Source: Chloroflexota bacterium | GTDB lineage: Bacteria > Chloroflexota > Limnocylindria > QHBO01 | Reading direction: 5' to 3' | Assembly (NCBI GenBank): GCA_038040195.1 | Contig: JBBPIR010000002.1 | Span: forward strand, 1,342 to 65,341 | DNA length: 64,000 bases | Shown: positions 8,362-16,644 of the stretch, in pieces | Position numbering within the stretch: the stretch's first letter is position 1 | Layout: each line of letters begins with the position of its first letter | Notes under the pieces: model-generated | What the model saw: only the letters and a program-made list of their open reading frames with translations | Database searches by the model: none | Told to the model about the DNA's origin: nothing | Program-made: the position numbers and the translations under genes

Positions 8362-8548
8362 CGCTCTCCCCGCCGATCGTCTGACCGCGCAGCGCTGAAT
8401 TCCCTGGGCTGACTTTAGTACCGTCGCTGCACAGTACGATCGGCGGGCACGGAGTGTAGACCCGCCACGCTTGCAGGCAACCTTACAGAACCGGCCCTAA
8501 CTCAACCCCCGGCGCGCGCGCGCACCACTTTCGGATGGTCATTCCGCC

Positions 8549-9145
8549 ATGGAACAAGTGCTCGTCCTCCCCCGCGATTCGGTTCCTGGAGGCTGCGACT
8601 TCCTTGGCGTGAGCCCGATCGGGGACGAAGAGCTGGACGACCTGCGCCGGGCGCTGACGACTGACGGCCGCTGGCTCGACCGCGTGGTTGCCGAGCAGGA
8701 CTCGTCCCACAAGCAGCTGATCCCGTACGTGGTGGTGCGGGATGCCGACAGAGTCTTCCTGATGGAGCGCACCGATGCCGGCGCCGATCCCCGCCTCCAT
8801 CGACGGGCGACGATCGGGGTGGGCGGGCACCTCAACCCGGTCGACGACGGCCCTGACCCGCTGGGGTCGGGGCTCCGGCGTGAGTGGGGAGAGGAGCTCC
8901 GGGCGGACTGGGAGCCCGAGTTCGTGCCCATCGGCCTGCTCAACGACGACCGCAACCATGTGGGCTCGGTCCACCTGGGGGTCGTCTTCGAGGTGCAGGC
9001 AGGGGGACGCCGGATCGACGTCCGCGAGCGGGACAAGCTGTCAGGCCGCATGGCATCCCTCGGCGAGGTGCGAGGAGCATGGGACCGTCTGGAGACCTGG
9101 TCCCAGCTGGTCGCCGAAGCATTGTGGGGTCGCCGGCCCGGCTGA
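8549..9145 (+). CDS. MutT/Nudix-like phosphoesterase with a degenerate Nudix box
   Basis: IGVGGHLNP...GLRREWGEELRA resembles Gx5Ex7REUxEE. Overall layout is like the predicted MutT-family phosphoesterases. Family call made from memory only. Confidence 0.45.
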   Translation: MEQVLVLPRDSVPGGCDFLGVSPIGDEELDDLRRALTTDGRWLDRVVAEQDSSHKQLIPYVVVRDADRVFLMERTDAGADPRLHRRATIGVGGHLNPVDDGPDPLGSGLRREWGEELRADWEPEFVPIGLLNDDRNHVGSVHLGVVFEVQAGGRRIDVRERDKLSGRMASLGEVRGAWDRLETWSQLVAEALWGRRPG

Positions 9146-9168
9146 ATGGCAGCCCGCCGAGTCGAGCC

Positions 9169-9174
9169 TATACT
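9169..9174 (+). promoter_or_regulatory. -10 hexamer TATACT, 7 nt before the nfeD GTG (leaderless-type)
   Basis: The last T is at 9174 and the start codon G is at 9181. This spacing equals the canonical -10 to +1 distance. Confidence 0.45.
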
Positions 9175-9180
9175 CGATCC

Positions 9181-10530
9181 GTGGCGCTGCGACGAGCCGG
9201 CCTGGTTGCCCTGCTCCTGCTGGGCATTGCCGGGGCGGTTTCAGCCGGGGATGCACCGGTCGCCGAGGTGGAGCTCACCGGGGTCATCGACCAGGTCAAC
9301 GCCTCGTACATCGAGGAGGCGGTCGAAGCGGCCGCCGCGGCCGGGGCCGTGGCCATCCTGATCAGGGTCGACTCCCCGGGGGGCGAGCTGACGAGCACCG
9401 ACCGGATCGTCAAGGCCATCCTGAACAGCCCCATCCCCGTCGTCACATGGGTCAGCCCGTCCGGCGGCCAGGCGGCCTCCGCGGCGACGTTCATCACCCT
9501 CGCCGGCGACGTGGCGGCCATGGCGCCGCTGACCACCATCGGCGCCGCCTCGGTGGTCGGATCAGGAGGCGAGGACCTGCCCGAGACGCTGGCCGCCAAG
9601 ATCACCAACGACCTGGTGGCCGAGATCCGGGACCTGGCCGCGTCCCATGGTCGTAATGCGGACTGGGCGGAGTCCGCGGTCCGCGAGGCGGCCAGCATCG
9701 GCGCCGACGATGCGGTTGCCCTCGAGCCCCCGGTGGTCGACGCCGTCGTTACGACGACGGAGGAGCTGTTCGCGGCCATCGACACCGGGGAGCGCGACGA
9801 CGGCTACGCCTACCAGTTCGACGGCGCCCCGCTGCCGGCCCTGTCCGGCCGCGAGCTGTTGCCGATCAGCATGAACGTGGGCCAGGAGCTTCTCCACGTG
9901 CTGAGCGATCCGAACATCGCGTTCCTGCTCTTCACGATCGGCTTCTACGGGATCCTGGCCGAGCTGTTCCACCCGAACTTCTTCTCCGGCATCGTGGGTG
10001 CCATCGCCATCGTGCTGGCCTTCATCGGCTCCAACAGCCTGCCTCTCAACCTGGGCGGCTTGGTGCTGGTCCTCATCGGGCTTGGCCTGTTCGCGCTGGA
10101 GCTCGTGATCACCTCGCACGGTCTGCTGGCTGCGGGCGGGGCGATTGCGTTCGTGTTCGGCGCCTTCGCGCTGTACACCGGGGTGGATGGCACCGACGCC
10201 ATCCAGATCGAGCTGAACCCGATCTTCATCGTGCTGCCGCTGGTGGTCGCCGCCGGATTCATCATCCTGGTCGCCCGCGGCATGGTCGAGATTCGCCGAC
10301 GCCCCGCGCCGACTCAGCCCATGCTGGCGCTGGTCGGGGTGGCGGGCACGGCCCAGACCCCGATCGCCCCCACCGGCATTGCGTCGGCAGCCGGCGAAAC
10401 CTGGACCGCACGCAGTCGGCTGGGATCCATCCGGCCGGGCGAGGCGTTGCGGGTGGTCGGGGTCAATGGATTGGAACTCATCGTCGAGCCCGCCTCCCCC
10501 ACGGCGGACCGACCAACCGAGGAGGACTGA
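9181..10530 (+). CDS. NfeD-family membrane-bound ClpP-class serine protease
   Basis: GTG 9181 gives the signal/TM VALRRAGLVALLLLGIAGAVSA. ClpP-like domain RVDSPGGEL...GGQAASAATFI, multiple TM helices, C-terminal OB-like NfeD domain. It lies directly upstream of an SPFH gene. Confidence 0.85.
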   Translation: MALRRAGLVALLLLGIAGAVSAGDAPVAEVELTGVIDQVNASYIEEAVEAAAAAGAVAILIRVDSPGGELTSTDRIVKAILNSPIPVVTWVSPSGGQAASAATFITLAGDVAAMAPLTTIGAASVVGSGGEDLPETLAAKITNDLVAEIRDLAASHGRNADWAESAVREAASIGADDAVALEPPVVDAVVTTTEELFAAIDTGERDDGYAYQFDGAPLPALSGRELLPISMNVGQELLHVLSDPNIAFLLFTIGFYGILAELFHPNFFSGIVGAIAIVLAFIGSNSLPLNLGGLVLVLIGLGLFALELVITSHGLLAAGGAIAFVFGAFALYTGVDGTDAIQIELNPIFIVLPLVVAAGFIILVARGMVEIRRRPAPTQPMLALVGVAGTAQTPIAPTGIASAAGETWTARSRLGSIRPGEALRVVGVNGLELIVEPASPTADRPTEED

Positions 10531-10533
10531 CCG

Positions 10534-11442
10534 ATGGAATCCATCATCCCCATCATCGTCGTGGTCGTCGCGCTGGCCGTTGTGCTGTGGCTGCTCTACA
10601 GCGCCATCCACATCGTGCGCGAGTACGAGCGGTTGGTCGTGTTCTTCTTGGGCCGGCTGCAGGGGGCCCAGGGCCCGGGGCTGGTGCTGCTGATCCCGGT
10701 CATCCAGCAATCGGTCAAGGTCGATCTGCGTGAGCGTTTCCTGGAGATTCCGCAGCAGAGCTGCATCACCAAGGACAACGCGCCGATCAGCATCGATTTC
10801 TTGGTCTATTCAAAAGTCTTCGAGCCGGAGACCACCGTGACCCAGGTGGTGGACTTCACGGGCGCCTCACAGGCGCTGGCTGCGACGACCCTGCGGGCGG
10901 TGATCGGCGACATCCCCCTCGACGACGTGCTGGCCAAGCGCGAGGACATCAACAGCATCCTGCGCACCAAGCTCGATGAGGTGACCCACCGCTGGGGGGT
11001 GAAGATCACCAGCGTGGAGATCCGCGAGATCGTCCCCCCACGCGACATCCAGGACGCCATGAACCGCCAGATGAGCGCGGAGCGCGGCCGGCGCGCGATC
11101 ATCACCGAGTCGGAGGGCACCCGCCAGGCCTCGATCAACGTGGCCGAGGGGGACAAGCAGAGCACGATCCTGCGGGCCGAGGGTGACAAGCAGAGCGCGA
11201 TCCTGCGAGCGGAGGGGGAGCGGCAGGCCCAGGCCCTGCGGGCCGAGGGCTACGGCACGGCTCTGACCACGATCTTCGGCGCGGCCAGCGGGGTTGACGA
11301 GAAGACGATGCAGATCCAGTACCTCGAGGTGCTCAAGGCCCTGGCCACATCGGAGAGCAAGACCTGGGTCGTGCCCATGGAGGTGACCGAGCTGACCCGG
11401 CGGATCGGTGCCACCCTCGGCGGCGGGTCGGGGGGCGGCTGA
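10534..11442 (+). CDS. SPFH/band-7 (stomatin-like) protein
   Basis: N-terminal TM, then IVREYERLVVFFLGRL...GPGLVLLIPVIQQ...VDLRE...TKDNAPISID, typical of stomatin. Coiled-coil AEG-repeat region. Confidence 0.9.
   Translation: MESIIPIIVVVVALAVVLWLLYSAIHIVREYERLVVFFLGRLQGAQGPGLVLLIPVIQQSVKVDLRERFLEIPQQSCITKDNAPISIDFLVYSKVFEPETTVTQVVDFTGASQALAATTLRAVIGDIPLDDVLAKREDINSILRTKLDEVTHRWGVKITSVEIREIVPPRDIQDAMNRQMSAERGRRAIITESEGTRQASINVAEGDKQSTILRAEGDKQSAILRAEGERQAQALRAEGYGTALTTIFGAASGVDEKTMQIQYLEVLKALATSESKTWVVPMEVTELTRRIGATLGGGSGGG
11143..11241 (+). repeat. 3 x 33-bp in-frame tandem repeat (AEGDKQSxILR units) inside the SPFH gene
   Basis: GCCGAGGGGGACAAGCAGAGCACGATCCTGCGG / GCCGAGGGTGACAAGCAGAGCGCGATCCTGCGA / a diverged third unit. 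Confidence 0.8.
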
Positions 11443-11459
11443 TCCGCCGAGGCGTCTCG

Positions 11460-12404
11460 ATGCGGCCGCGAAGCCTGCTGGCCTGGCTGGGCGGGCTCGG
11501 CTCGGCGCTGGCTGCCGGCTACCTCGGGTACCTGGGGTTCGTCGGTTCGCGCCGGGTCGTGACCCCGACCCTGCATGCCCTGGACGAGACCGAAGGTCTG
11601 CCCGGGTCGCCGGCGGAGCTAGGCCTCCCGCATGAGGCCGTTCGCTTCACGACCGACGACGGGGTGACGCTCGACGGCTGGCTCATACCTGCCGCCCGCG
11701 AAACCCGGGCCGCGGTGATTCTCCTCCACGGCTTCTCGTGGCATCGCGTCCCGTGGCTGTCGTTCTTCGTTCCCTGGTTGCGGGCCCGATACAACGTCCT
11801 GCAGTTCGACTTCCGCGGGCACGGGGCGTCGGATCGAGCGGCGATCACGTTGGGGACCACCGAGCGACGGGATGTCGCCGCAGCGGTCCGGCTGCTCGAG
11901 GGACGCGGATTCGGTCCGATCGCCCTATACGGCGTCAGCATGGGCGGCGCGACGGCCATCATTGCCGCCCCCGAGCTGCCGGTGGCGGCCGTCATCGCCG
12001 ACGCGGCCTATGCCGATATCCGGCACCCGATCGCCAACCGCATGCGCGAGCAACGGTTGCCACTGCCCGGCCTCGGCTCACGGCTGATCATCATCGGGGC
12101 CGCCCTGCGTGCCCGGACGCGACTCATCTCGCCCATCGACCGCGTGGCTGCGATCGCACCACGCGGACTGCTGCTCATTGCCCCCCGTCAGGATCGGCTC
12201 GTCAACTGGCGGCAATCGGTGCGCCTGTATGAGTCCGCCGGGGAACCGAAGGAGCTGTTCGTGGTGGACGGGGCCGAGCACGGTGAAGCGCGGGCGGTGG
12301 GTGGCGAGGCCTACGAGCGGCGGGTGCTGACGTTCCTCGAGCGGTATCTGGAGCCGCAAACGTCTCGCGCCCAGGCCAAGGAGCGAACGGGCAGCCGACT
12401 ATAA
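11460..12404 (+). CDS. Membrane-anchored alpha/beta hydrolase
   Basis: N-terminal TM, nucleophile elbow GVSMGG, downstream Asp (PRQDRLV) and His (GAEHGE). Confidence 0.8.
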   Translation: MRPRSLLAWLGGLGSALAAGYLGYLGFVGSRRVVTPTLHALDETEGLPGSPAELGLPHEAVRFTTDDGVTLDGWLIPAARETRAAVILLHGFSWHRVPWLSFFVPWLRARYNVLQFDFRGHGASDRAAITLGTTERRDVAAAVRLLEGRGFGPIALYGVSMGGATAIIAAPELPVAAVIADAAYADIRHPIANRMREQRLPLPGLGSRLIIIGAALRARTRLISPIDRVAAIAPRGLLLIAPRQDRLVNWRQSVRLYESAGEPKELFVVDGAEHGEARAVGGEAYERRVLTFLERYLEPQTSRAQAKERTGSRL

Positions 12405-12405
12405 T
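12400..12405 (+). promoter_or_regulatory. Consensus TATAAT overlapping the hydrolase TAA stop; candidate -10 for the cpaE-like gene
   Basis: Perfect TATAAT in GC-rich context, 57 nt upstream of ATG 12462. Confidence 0.35.
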
Positions 12406-12461
12406 CCGCGCCACCCGGGCCGGGCGGACCTGCCGGACCGGCCGGGCTCGCCCGAGGGTCC

Positions 12462-13643
12462 ATGGCCGTCAAGGTCCTGGTCGTCGACGACGACCTCAAC
12501 ATCCAGCGCGTCCTGAGCTTCACCCTCAAGCAGGAGGGCTTCGAGGTCCTGCTCGCCGGAGACGGCGAGAGCGGCGTCGCGACCGCCGCCCAGCAGTCGC
12601 CGGATCTGATCCTCATGGACGCGGCGCTGCCAGGCATCGACGGCTACCAGGCCATCATCCAGATCCGCGCCGCCGAGACTGCCGGCCGCCGCGTCCCGAT
12701 CCTGCTGCTCACCGCGGAGGCCGACATCGGGCAGCGGGTCAAGGGCCTGCGCGCGGGTGCCGACGACGACATCGTCAAGCCGTTCCATCCGGCCGAGCTG
12801 ATGGCCCGCATCCGGGCCCTGCTGGCCCGCAGCGGGCTGAGCGGCACGCGCCCGGATTCGGCCCAGGCCACCCTGCGACGGGTGATCGTGTTCTACGGCG
12901 CCAAGGGAGGCGTCGGCTGCACGACGTTGGCCATCAACACGGCCATCGCCCTGGCCGCCGAGCACAAGCGTCGCGTCGCGCTCGTGGATGCCAACCTCCA
13001 GTTCGGGGACCATCGGGTCTTCCTGGACCTGAAGCTCGACACCGCCTCGATCGTGAACGCCATCTCTGAGCCGGAGCTGGACGCCGACCTCCTGCGCCGC
13101 CTGGTGGTCTCTCATGCGTCTGGCGTGGACCTGCTGTTGGCGCCCACCGCCCCGGAGCAGGCCGACGTGGTGATGGAGAGTCATCGCAACTCGCCCGAGT
13201 CCCTGTCGCATCTGGTGGAGCTGATGCGGGGCATGTACGACTACACGGTCATCGACGCCAACCGCAGCCTGGACGACGTGACGATCCATCTGTTCGATGA
13301 GGCCGACGTCGTCTACGTGATCCTCACCGCCGACCTGTCGTGTTTGAAGAACGTCCAGCTGGTGCTCAAGACGATGACCGAGCTGGGGTATGCGCGGGAC
13401 AAGGTCCAGCTCGTGCTGAACCGATCCAACGCATTCACTGGCATCAACATCGCGAACGCGGAAAGCGTGCTGGGCAGCCCCATCTCGCACAAGATCATCA
13501 ACGAATACCGGGGCGCGATCGGGGCCTTGAACTCCGGGGCGCCGTTCATGGTCAGCCGGCCGGGCAGCCCGCTGGCCAGGGCGGTGAGCGACTTCGCGAC
13601 GGCAGTCGACAAGGAGCTCTCGGTGGTCGAAGCCGAAGCCTGA
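12462..13643 (+). CDS. Response-regulator receiver fused to a ParA/MinD-type ATPase (CpaE/TadZ family)
   Basis: Receiver: VLVVDDD, phospho-acceptor LILMD, DDIVKPF. ATPase: deviant Walker A FYGAKGGVGCTTLA, then ALVDANLQFGD. Confidence 0.85.
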   Translation: MAVKVLVVDDDLNIQRVLSFTLKQEGFEVLLAGDGESGVATAAQQSPDLILMDAALPGIDGYQAIIQIRAAETAGRRVPILLLTAEADIGQRVKGLRAGADDDIVKPFHPAELMARIRALLARSGLSGTRPDSAQATLRRVIVFYGAKGGVGCTTLAINTAIALAAEHKRRVALVDANLQFGDHRVFLDLKLDTASIVNAISEPELDADLLRRLVVSHASGVDLLLAPTAPEQADVVMESHRNSPESLSHLVELMRGMYDYTVIDANRSLDDVTIHLFDEADVVYVILTADLSCLKNVQLVLKTMTELGYARDKVQLVLNRSNAFTGINIANAESVLGSPISHKIINEYRGAIGALNSGAPFMVSRPGSPLARAVSDFATAVDKELSVVEAEA

Positions 13644-13707
13644 CAAGCCGCGTCGGGGCTTGACAAGGCACGCCTACAAGCCGCGTCGGGGCTGACAAGG
13701 CGGGCCT
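13643..13707 (+). repeat. Imperfect 33/32-bp tandem repeat immediately after the cpaE-like stop
   Basis: ACAAGCCGCGTCGGGGCTTGACAAGGCACGCCT / ACAAGCCGCGTCGGGGC-TGACAAGGCGGGCCT. Unit 1 contains a perfect TTGACA (13660-13665). Confidence 0.85.
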
Positions 13708-13827
13708 AAGCCGACGGTAATCCTGCCCCTTCCAGACTGCTCCCGCCGGTCGCCGTCGGATCAGGGAGGCGAGCAGGCGGCGTCCGGCATTTCGCATCCC
13801 GACGCTGCGCCTCCCGCGGGGTGGCCG

Positions 13828-15327
13828 GTGCTGGCGGAGACGGTGAGCGCGTCGCTTCGCGGAGTCCATGCGGTTCCGGTCCGGGTCGAGGTCGATGTCG
13901 CGTTCGGCCTGCCGGGCCTGACCATCGTCGGCTTGGCCGGAAGCGCCGTCCAGGAGGCCCGGGAGCGGGTGCGGAGCGCCGTCCGGAACAGCGGTTTCGA
14001 GGTGCCGGCCCGACGCATCACGGTCAACCTCGCCCCGGCGGACCTGCCCAAGGAAGGCACCGCCTACGACCTGGCCATCGGTGTCGGACTGTTGGCGGCC
14101 TCCGGCCAGCTCGACGCGGACCTCTCCGACACCGCTCTCCTGGCAGAGCTGGCCCTAGACGGGTCGCTGCGCCCGGTGGCAGGCACACTGGCCCTGGTCG
14201 CGGCGGTTCGCGACTCGGGCCGCCGGGCGGCTGTGGTGGCCAACGACGACCTCGTCGAGGCGGCCGCTGTCCCCGGCATCGTGGTCTACGGTGCGGCGTC
14301 CCTCGGCGAGGCTGTCGCCCACCTGGCCGGCGTCCGAACGCTCCCGGCCGCCGATCCGACCCCGCTACCTGCCTGGCGGCCGGTCGGGCCTGGCGTCGAC
14401 CTGCGCGACGTCATCGGCCAGTCGCTGGCGCGTCGCGCCCTGGAGCTCGCGTTGACCGGAGGCCACAACCTGGCGCTGGTCGGTCCGCCGGGAGTCGGCA
14501 AGACGCTTCTCCTGTCGGCCGTCCCCAGGCTGCTGCCGCCCCTGGACGACAACGAGGCGGTCGAGGTCAGCCGTATCTACTCCGTGGCCGGCCTGGTCGA
14601 CCGTCGCGTGCCGCTCACCCGCATGCGCCCCGTTCGCGCCCCACACCACACCATCTCCGTCCAGGCGCTGGTGGGCGGAGGCGAGCGCATTCGCCCCGGG
14701 GAGGCCAGCCTGGCCCACCGCGGTGCCCTCGTCCTCGACGAGCTGCTCCAGTTCCGACCGGACGCCCTCGATGCGCTGCGCCAGCCGATTGAGGCGGGCG
14801 AAGTGACCATTGCCCGAGTCGAGGGCTCACTGCGCCTGCCGGCGCGCTTCATGCTGCTCGTCGCCTTCAACCCGTGCCCGTGCGGCTGGCTCGGATCCCG
14901 ATCCCGGGCCTGCGACTGTGATCCGTCGATGGTCCAGCGCTACGAGCGCCGGCTCTCCGGACCGATGCGCGACCGGATCGACCTGTGGGTCGTGCTCGAC
15001 GAGCCGCGTCGACTGCTGGCCGATGCCGATGCCGAATCGAGCGCGGTCGTGGCGGACCGCATCGGGGCCGCGTGGAACCGTCAACGAGCTCGTCAGGGCG
15101 GACCCAACGCCGCGCTCGGGCCCGGAGCTCTGGACCAGGAACACGGTTTTGGGCAGGACGCCCTCCGCTCGCTGACGGCCCTGGTACGCGCGCTTCGGCT
15201 GTCGCCTCGCCGCGTGCATCGTGCCGCCTGGCTGGCTCGCACGATCGCGGACCTAGCGGGCACAACCGCCGTCCAGCCAACCCATGTGGAGGAGGCGTTG
15301 CGATACCGCCCGCCGGTGACGCGGTGA
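13828..15327 (+). CDS. comM: Mg-chelatase-like AAA+ ATPase ComM/YifB
   Basis: N-terminus MLAETVSASLRGVHAVPVRVEVDV...GLPGLTIVGL, Walker A GPPGVGKT, C-terminal Mg_chelatase_C-like region. Confidence 0.9.
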   Translation: MLAETVSASLRGVHAVPVRVEVDVAFGLPGLTIVGLAGSAVQEARERVRSAVRNSGFEVPARRITVNLAPADLPKEGTAYDLAIGVGLLAASGQLDADLSDTALLAELALDGSLRPVAGTLALVAAVRDSGRRAAVVANDDLVEAAAVPGIVVYGAASLGEAVAHLAGVRTLPAADPTPLPAWRPVGPGVDLRDVIGQSLARRALELALTGGHNLALVGPPGVGKTLLLSAVPRLLPPLDDNEAVEVSRIYSVAGLVDRRVPLTRMRPVRAPHHTISVQALVGGGERIRPGEASLAHRGALVLDELLQFRPDALDALRQPIEAGEVTIARVEGSLRLPARFMLLVAFNPCPCGWLGSRSRACDCDPSMVQRYERRLSGPMRDRIDLWVVLDEPRRLLADADAESSAVVADRIGAAWNRQRARQGGPNAALGPGALDQEHGFGQDALRSLTALVRALRLSPRRVHRAAWLARTIADLAGTTAVQPTHVEEALRYRPPVTR

Positions 15328-16556
15328 TCGCCCATGCGCCGAATCGAACGGCCGGCTGGACCGGTCTGCGGCTCGACCACCTGGACCCCGACGTCGAACG
15401 ACCGTACTGGATCGTCACCTGCCAGCTGCCCGGCCTCGGCCCGGTGGCGGTTGCCCGCTTGCTGGCTGGATCCGGCAGCCTGCGTGCCGCGTGGCGCGAC
15501 GGGGCCATCGATCGCGCCGTCGCGGAGCTGCCGGCCGACACGGGCCCCGCCGCCCTGGCGCTGACGCATGACATCCGTGCGCGGGGTGTGCGACGCCTGG
15601 CGGCCGAGATCACCGCGCAGGGTCGGCGACATGGCGCGACTCCGATCGCAGCGTTCGAGGCCCTCTACCCGCCCTCCCTGGCGCATCTCGATCCGCGGCC
15701 GCCACTGCTGTGGGCAGCAGGCGATCCCGCGGCCTGGCAGGTCCCCGGCGTGGCGGTGGTCGGGACGCGCCGCCCGAGCGGCTACGGCCGGGCCGCGGCC
15801 GAGGAAATCGGCGACGAGCTGGCCCGCGCGGGTGTGGCCGTCATCTCGGGTCTGGCAATCGGAATCGACGCCGTGGCACACGGGGCGGCGGTCGCGGCCG
15901 GCGGGCGGAGCGTGGCTGTCCTGCCGTCGCCGATCGACCGCCTCTACCCACCCATCCATCGCGAGCTCGCGGCCCGGATGCTCGCGTCCGGCGGCGCCCT
16001 GCTCAGTGAGCTGCCGCCCGGTCGGCCGCTCGGCCGGCCGGATTTCGCGCGCCGCAATCGGATCATCGCCGGCCTGGCCGAGGCCGTGGTCGTGGTCGAG
16101 GCCCCAGACCGATCCGGCGCCCTCCTGACCGCGGATGCTGCGATTGCCCTCGGGCGCGAGCTGTTTGCGGTTCCCGGACCCATGGACGCGGCCACCTCGC
16201 GCGGGACGAATCGACTCATCGCCGATCACCTTGCCACCCTCGTCACGTCGCCGGCCGCGCTCCTGCACATGGTCGGCCTCCGGCGCGGGCGGTTCCCGGT
16301 GAGCGTGCGGTCGCTTTCCGAGGCGGAGGGTCTGGTCCTGGCCGCCGTCATTCGTCGGGCTGCCTCGATCGAGGAATTGGTCGACCGGACTCGCCTGTCG
16401 ACCTCGGCCCTGGCGGCAACCCTGACCATGCTGGAGGCCCGCGGGCTCGTGACGGCCTACGCCGGGGCCACCTTTCACCCCACACTGGCGGCCCGTCGCA
16501 GCGGCTGGGGACGCCGACCCGGTCACCGCGCGCACCAGGTCGGGGTTGGCGCTTGA
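15324..16556 (+). CDS. dprA: DNA processing protein DprA (Smf)
   Basis: GTG 15324 overlaps the comM TGA (GTGA). VVGTRRPSGYG, SGLAIGIDAVAH, FARRNRIIAGL, C-terminal winged-helix-like domain. Confidence 0.9.
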   Translation: MIAHAPNRTAGWTGLRLDHLDPDVERPYWIVTCQLPGLGPVAVARLLAGSGSLRAAWRDGAIDRAVAELPADTGPAALALTHDIRARGVRRLAAEITAQGRRHGATPIAAFEALYPPSLAHLDPRPPLLWAAGDPAAWQVPGVAVVGTRRPSGYGRAAAEEIGDELARAGVAVISGLAIGIDAVAHGAAVAAGGRSVAVLPSPIDRLYPPIHRELAARMLASGGALLSELPPGRPLGRPDFARRNRIIAGLAEAVVVVEAPDRSGALLTADAAIALGRELFAVPGPMDAATSRGTNRLIADHLATLVTSPAALLHMVGLRRGRFPVSVRSLSEAEGLVLAAVIRRAASIEELVDRTRLSTSALAATLTMLEARGLVTAYAGATFHPTLAARRSGWGRRPGHRAHQVGVGA

Positions 16557-16644
16557 CGGGGGCATCGGGCTATACTCCGCGCCTTCCTACGACCCCCGGG
16601 CCGTCCGAAAGGCGGATCCGCCGGTCCGCAGGAGCGCTTGTCTA

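Noticed and set aside
8362-8548. A small flp-type pilin gene or ncRNA in the relatively AT-richer 187-bp divergent region upstream of the Tad operon.
   Set aside because: Translating both strands gives no short ORF with a Flp-like hydrophobic G/xxxEY motif. The only ORF there is the tail of a shadow frame. The region contains -10-like boxes on both strands (TACGAT on +, TACACT and TAAAGT on -), so it is most simply a divergent promoter region.
8884-9180. Long N-terminal extensions in the ORF track: nfeD from 8884, dprA from 14985, murJ from 21364, murE from 24131, femX2 from 25422, relA from 26441, aspS from 31525, pepP from 40919, dxs from 44278, punA from 50090, scpA from 51916, rluB from 53493, gpsA from 62867, and TadG to 7104.
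   Set aside because: The extensions overlap the upstream gene in another frame and are Arg/Pro-rich. Internal starts reproduce the expected family N-termini and sit at stop/start overlaps, SD sites or -10 boxes.
12399-13646. A 415-aa - strand ORF opposite the cpaE-like gene. Similar long antisense ORFs occur at 15093-16565, 16642-17730, 18341-19426, 19502-20713, 26789-28540, 36800-38089, 40296-41246, 41078-42418, 42304-43998, 44719-45915, 48739-50490, 53871-55127, 55698-56987 and 61519-63000.
   Set aside because: Each is fully antisense to a confidently identified + strand gene. None has a family signature. All have the low-complexity Arg/Gly/Pro/Asp/His bias of GC-rich shadow frames.
13643-13707. 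A possible CRISPR array or other interspersed repeat.
   Set aside because: There are only two directly adjacent units with no spacers, and no cas genes in the window. It is better described as a tandem duplication or operator-like element.
13821-14792. Off-frame + strand ORFs rich in Arg/Pro/Gly: 13821-14792, 47916-49391, 46818-47384 and 8775-9656.
   Set aside because: They are same-strand alternative frames of real genes (comM, nadK/xerD, tlyA, Nudix/nfeD). The sequences are RGP-rich low complexity with no motifs.
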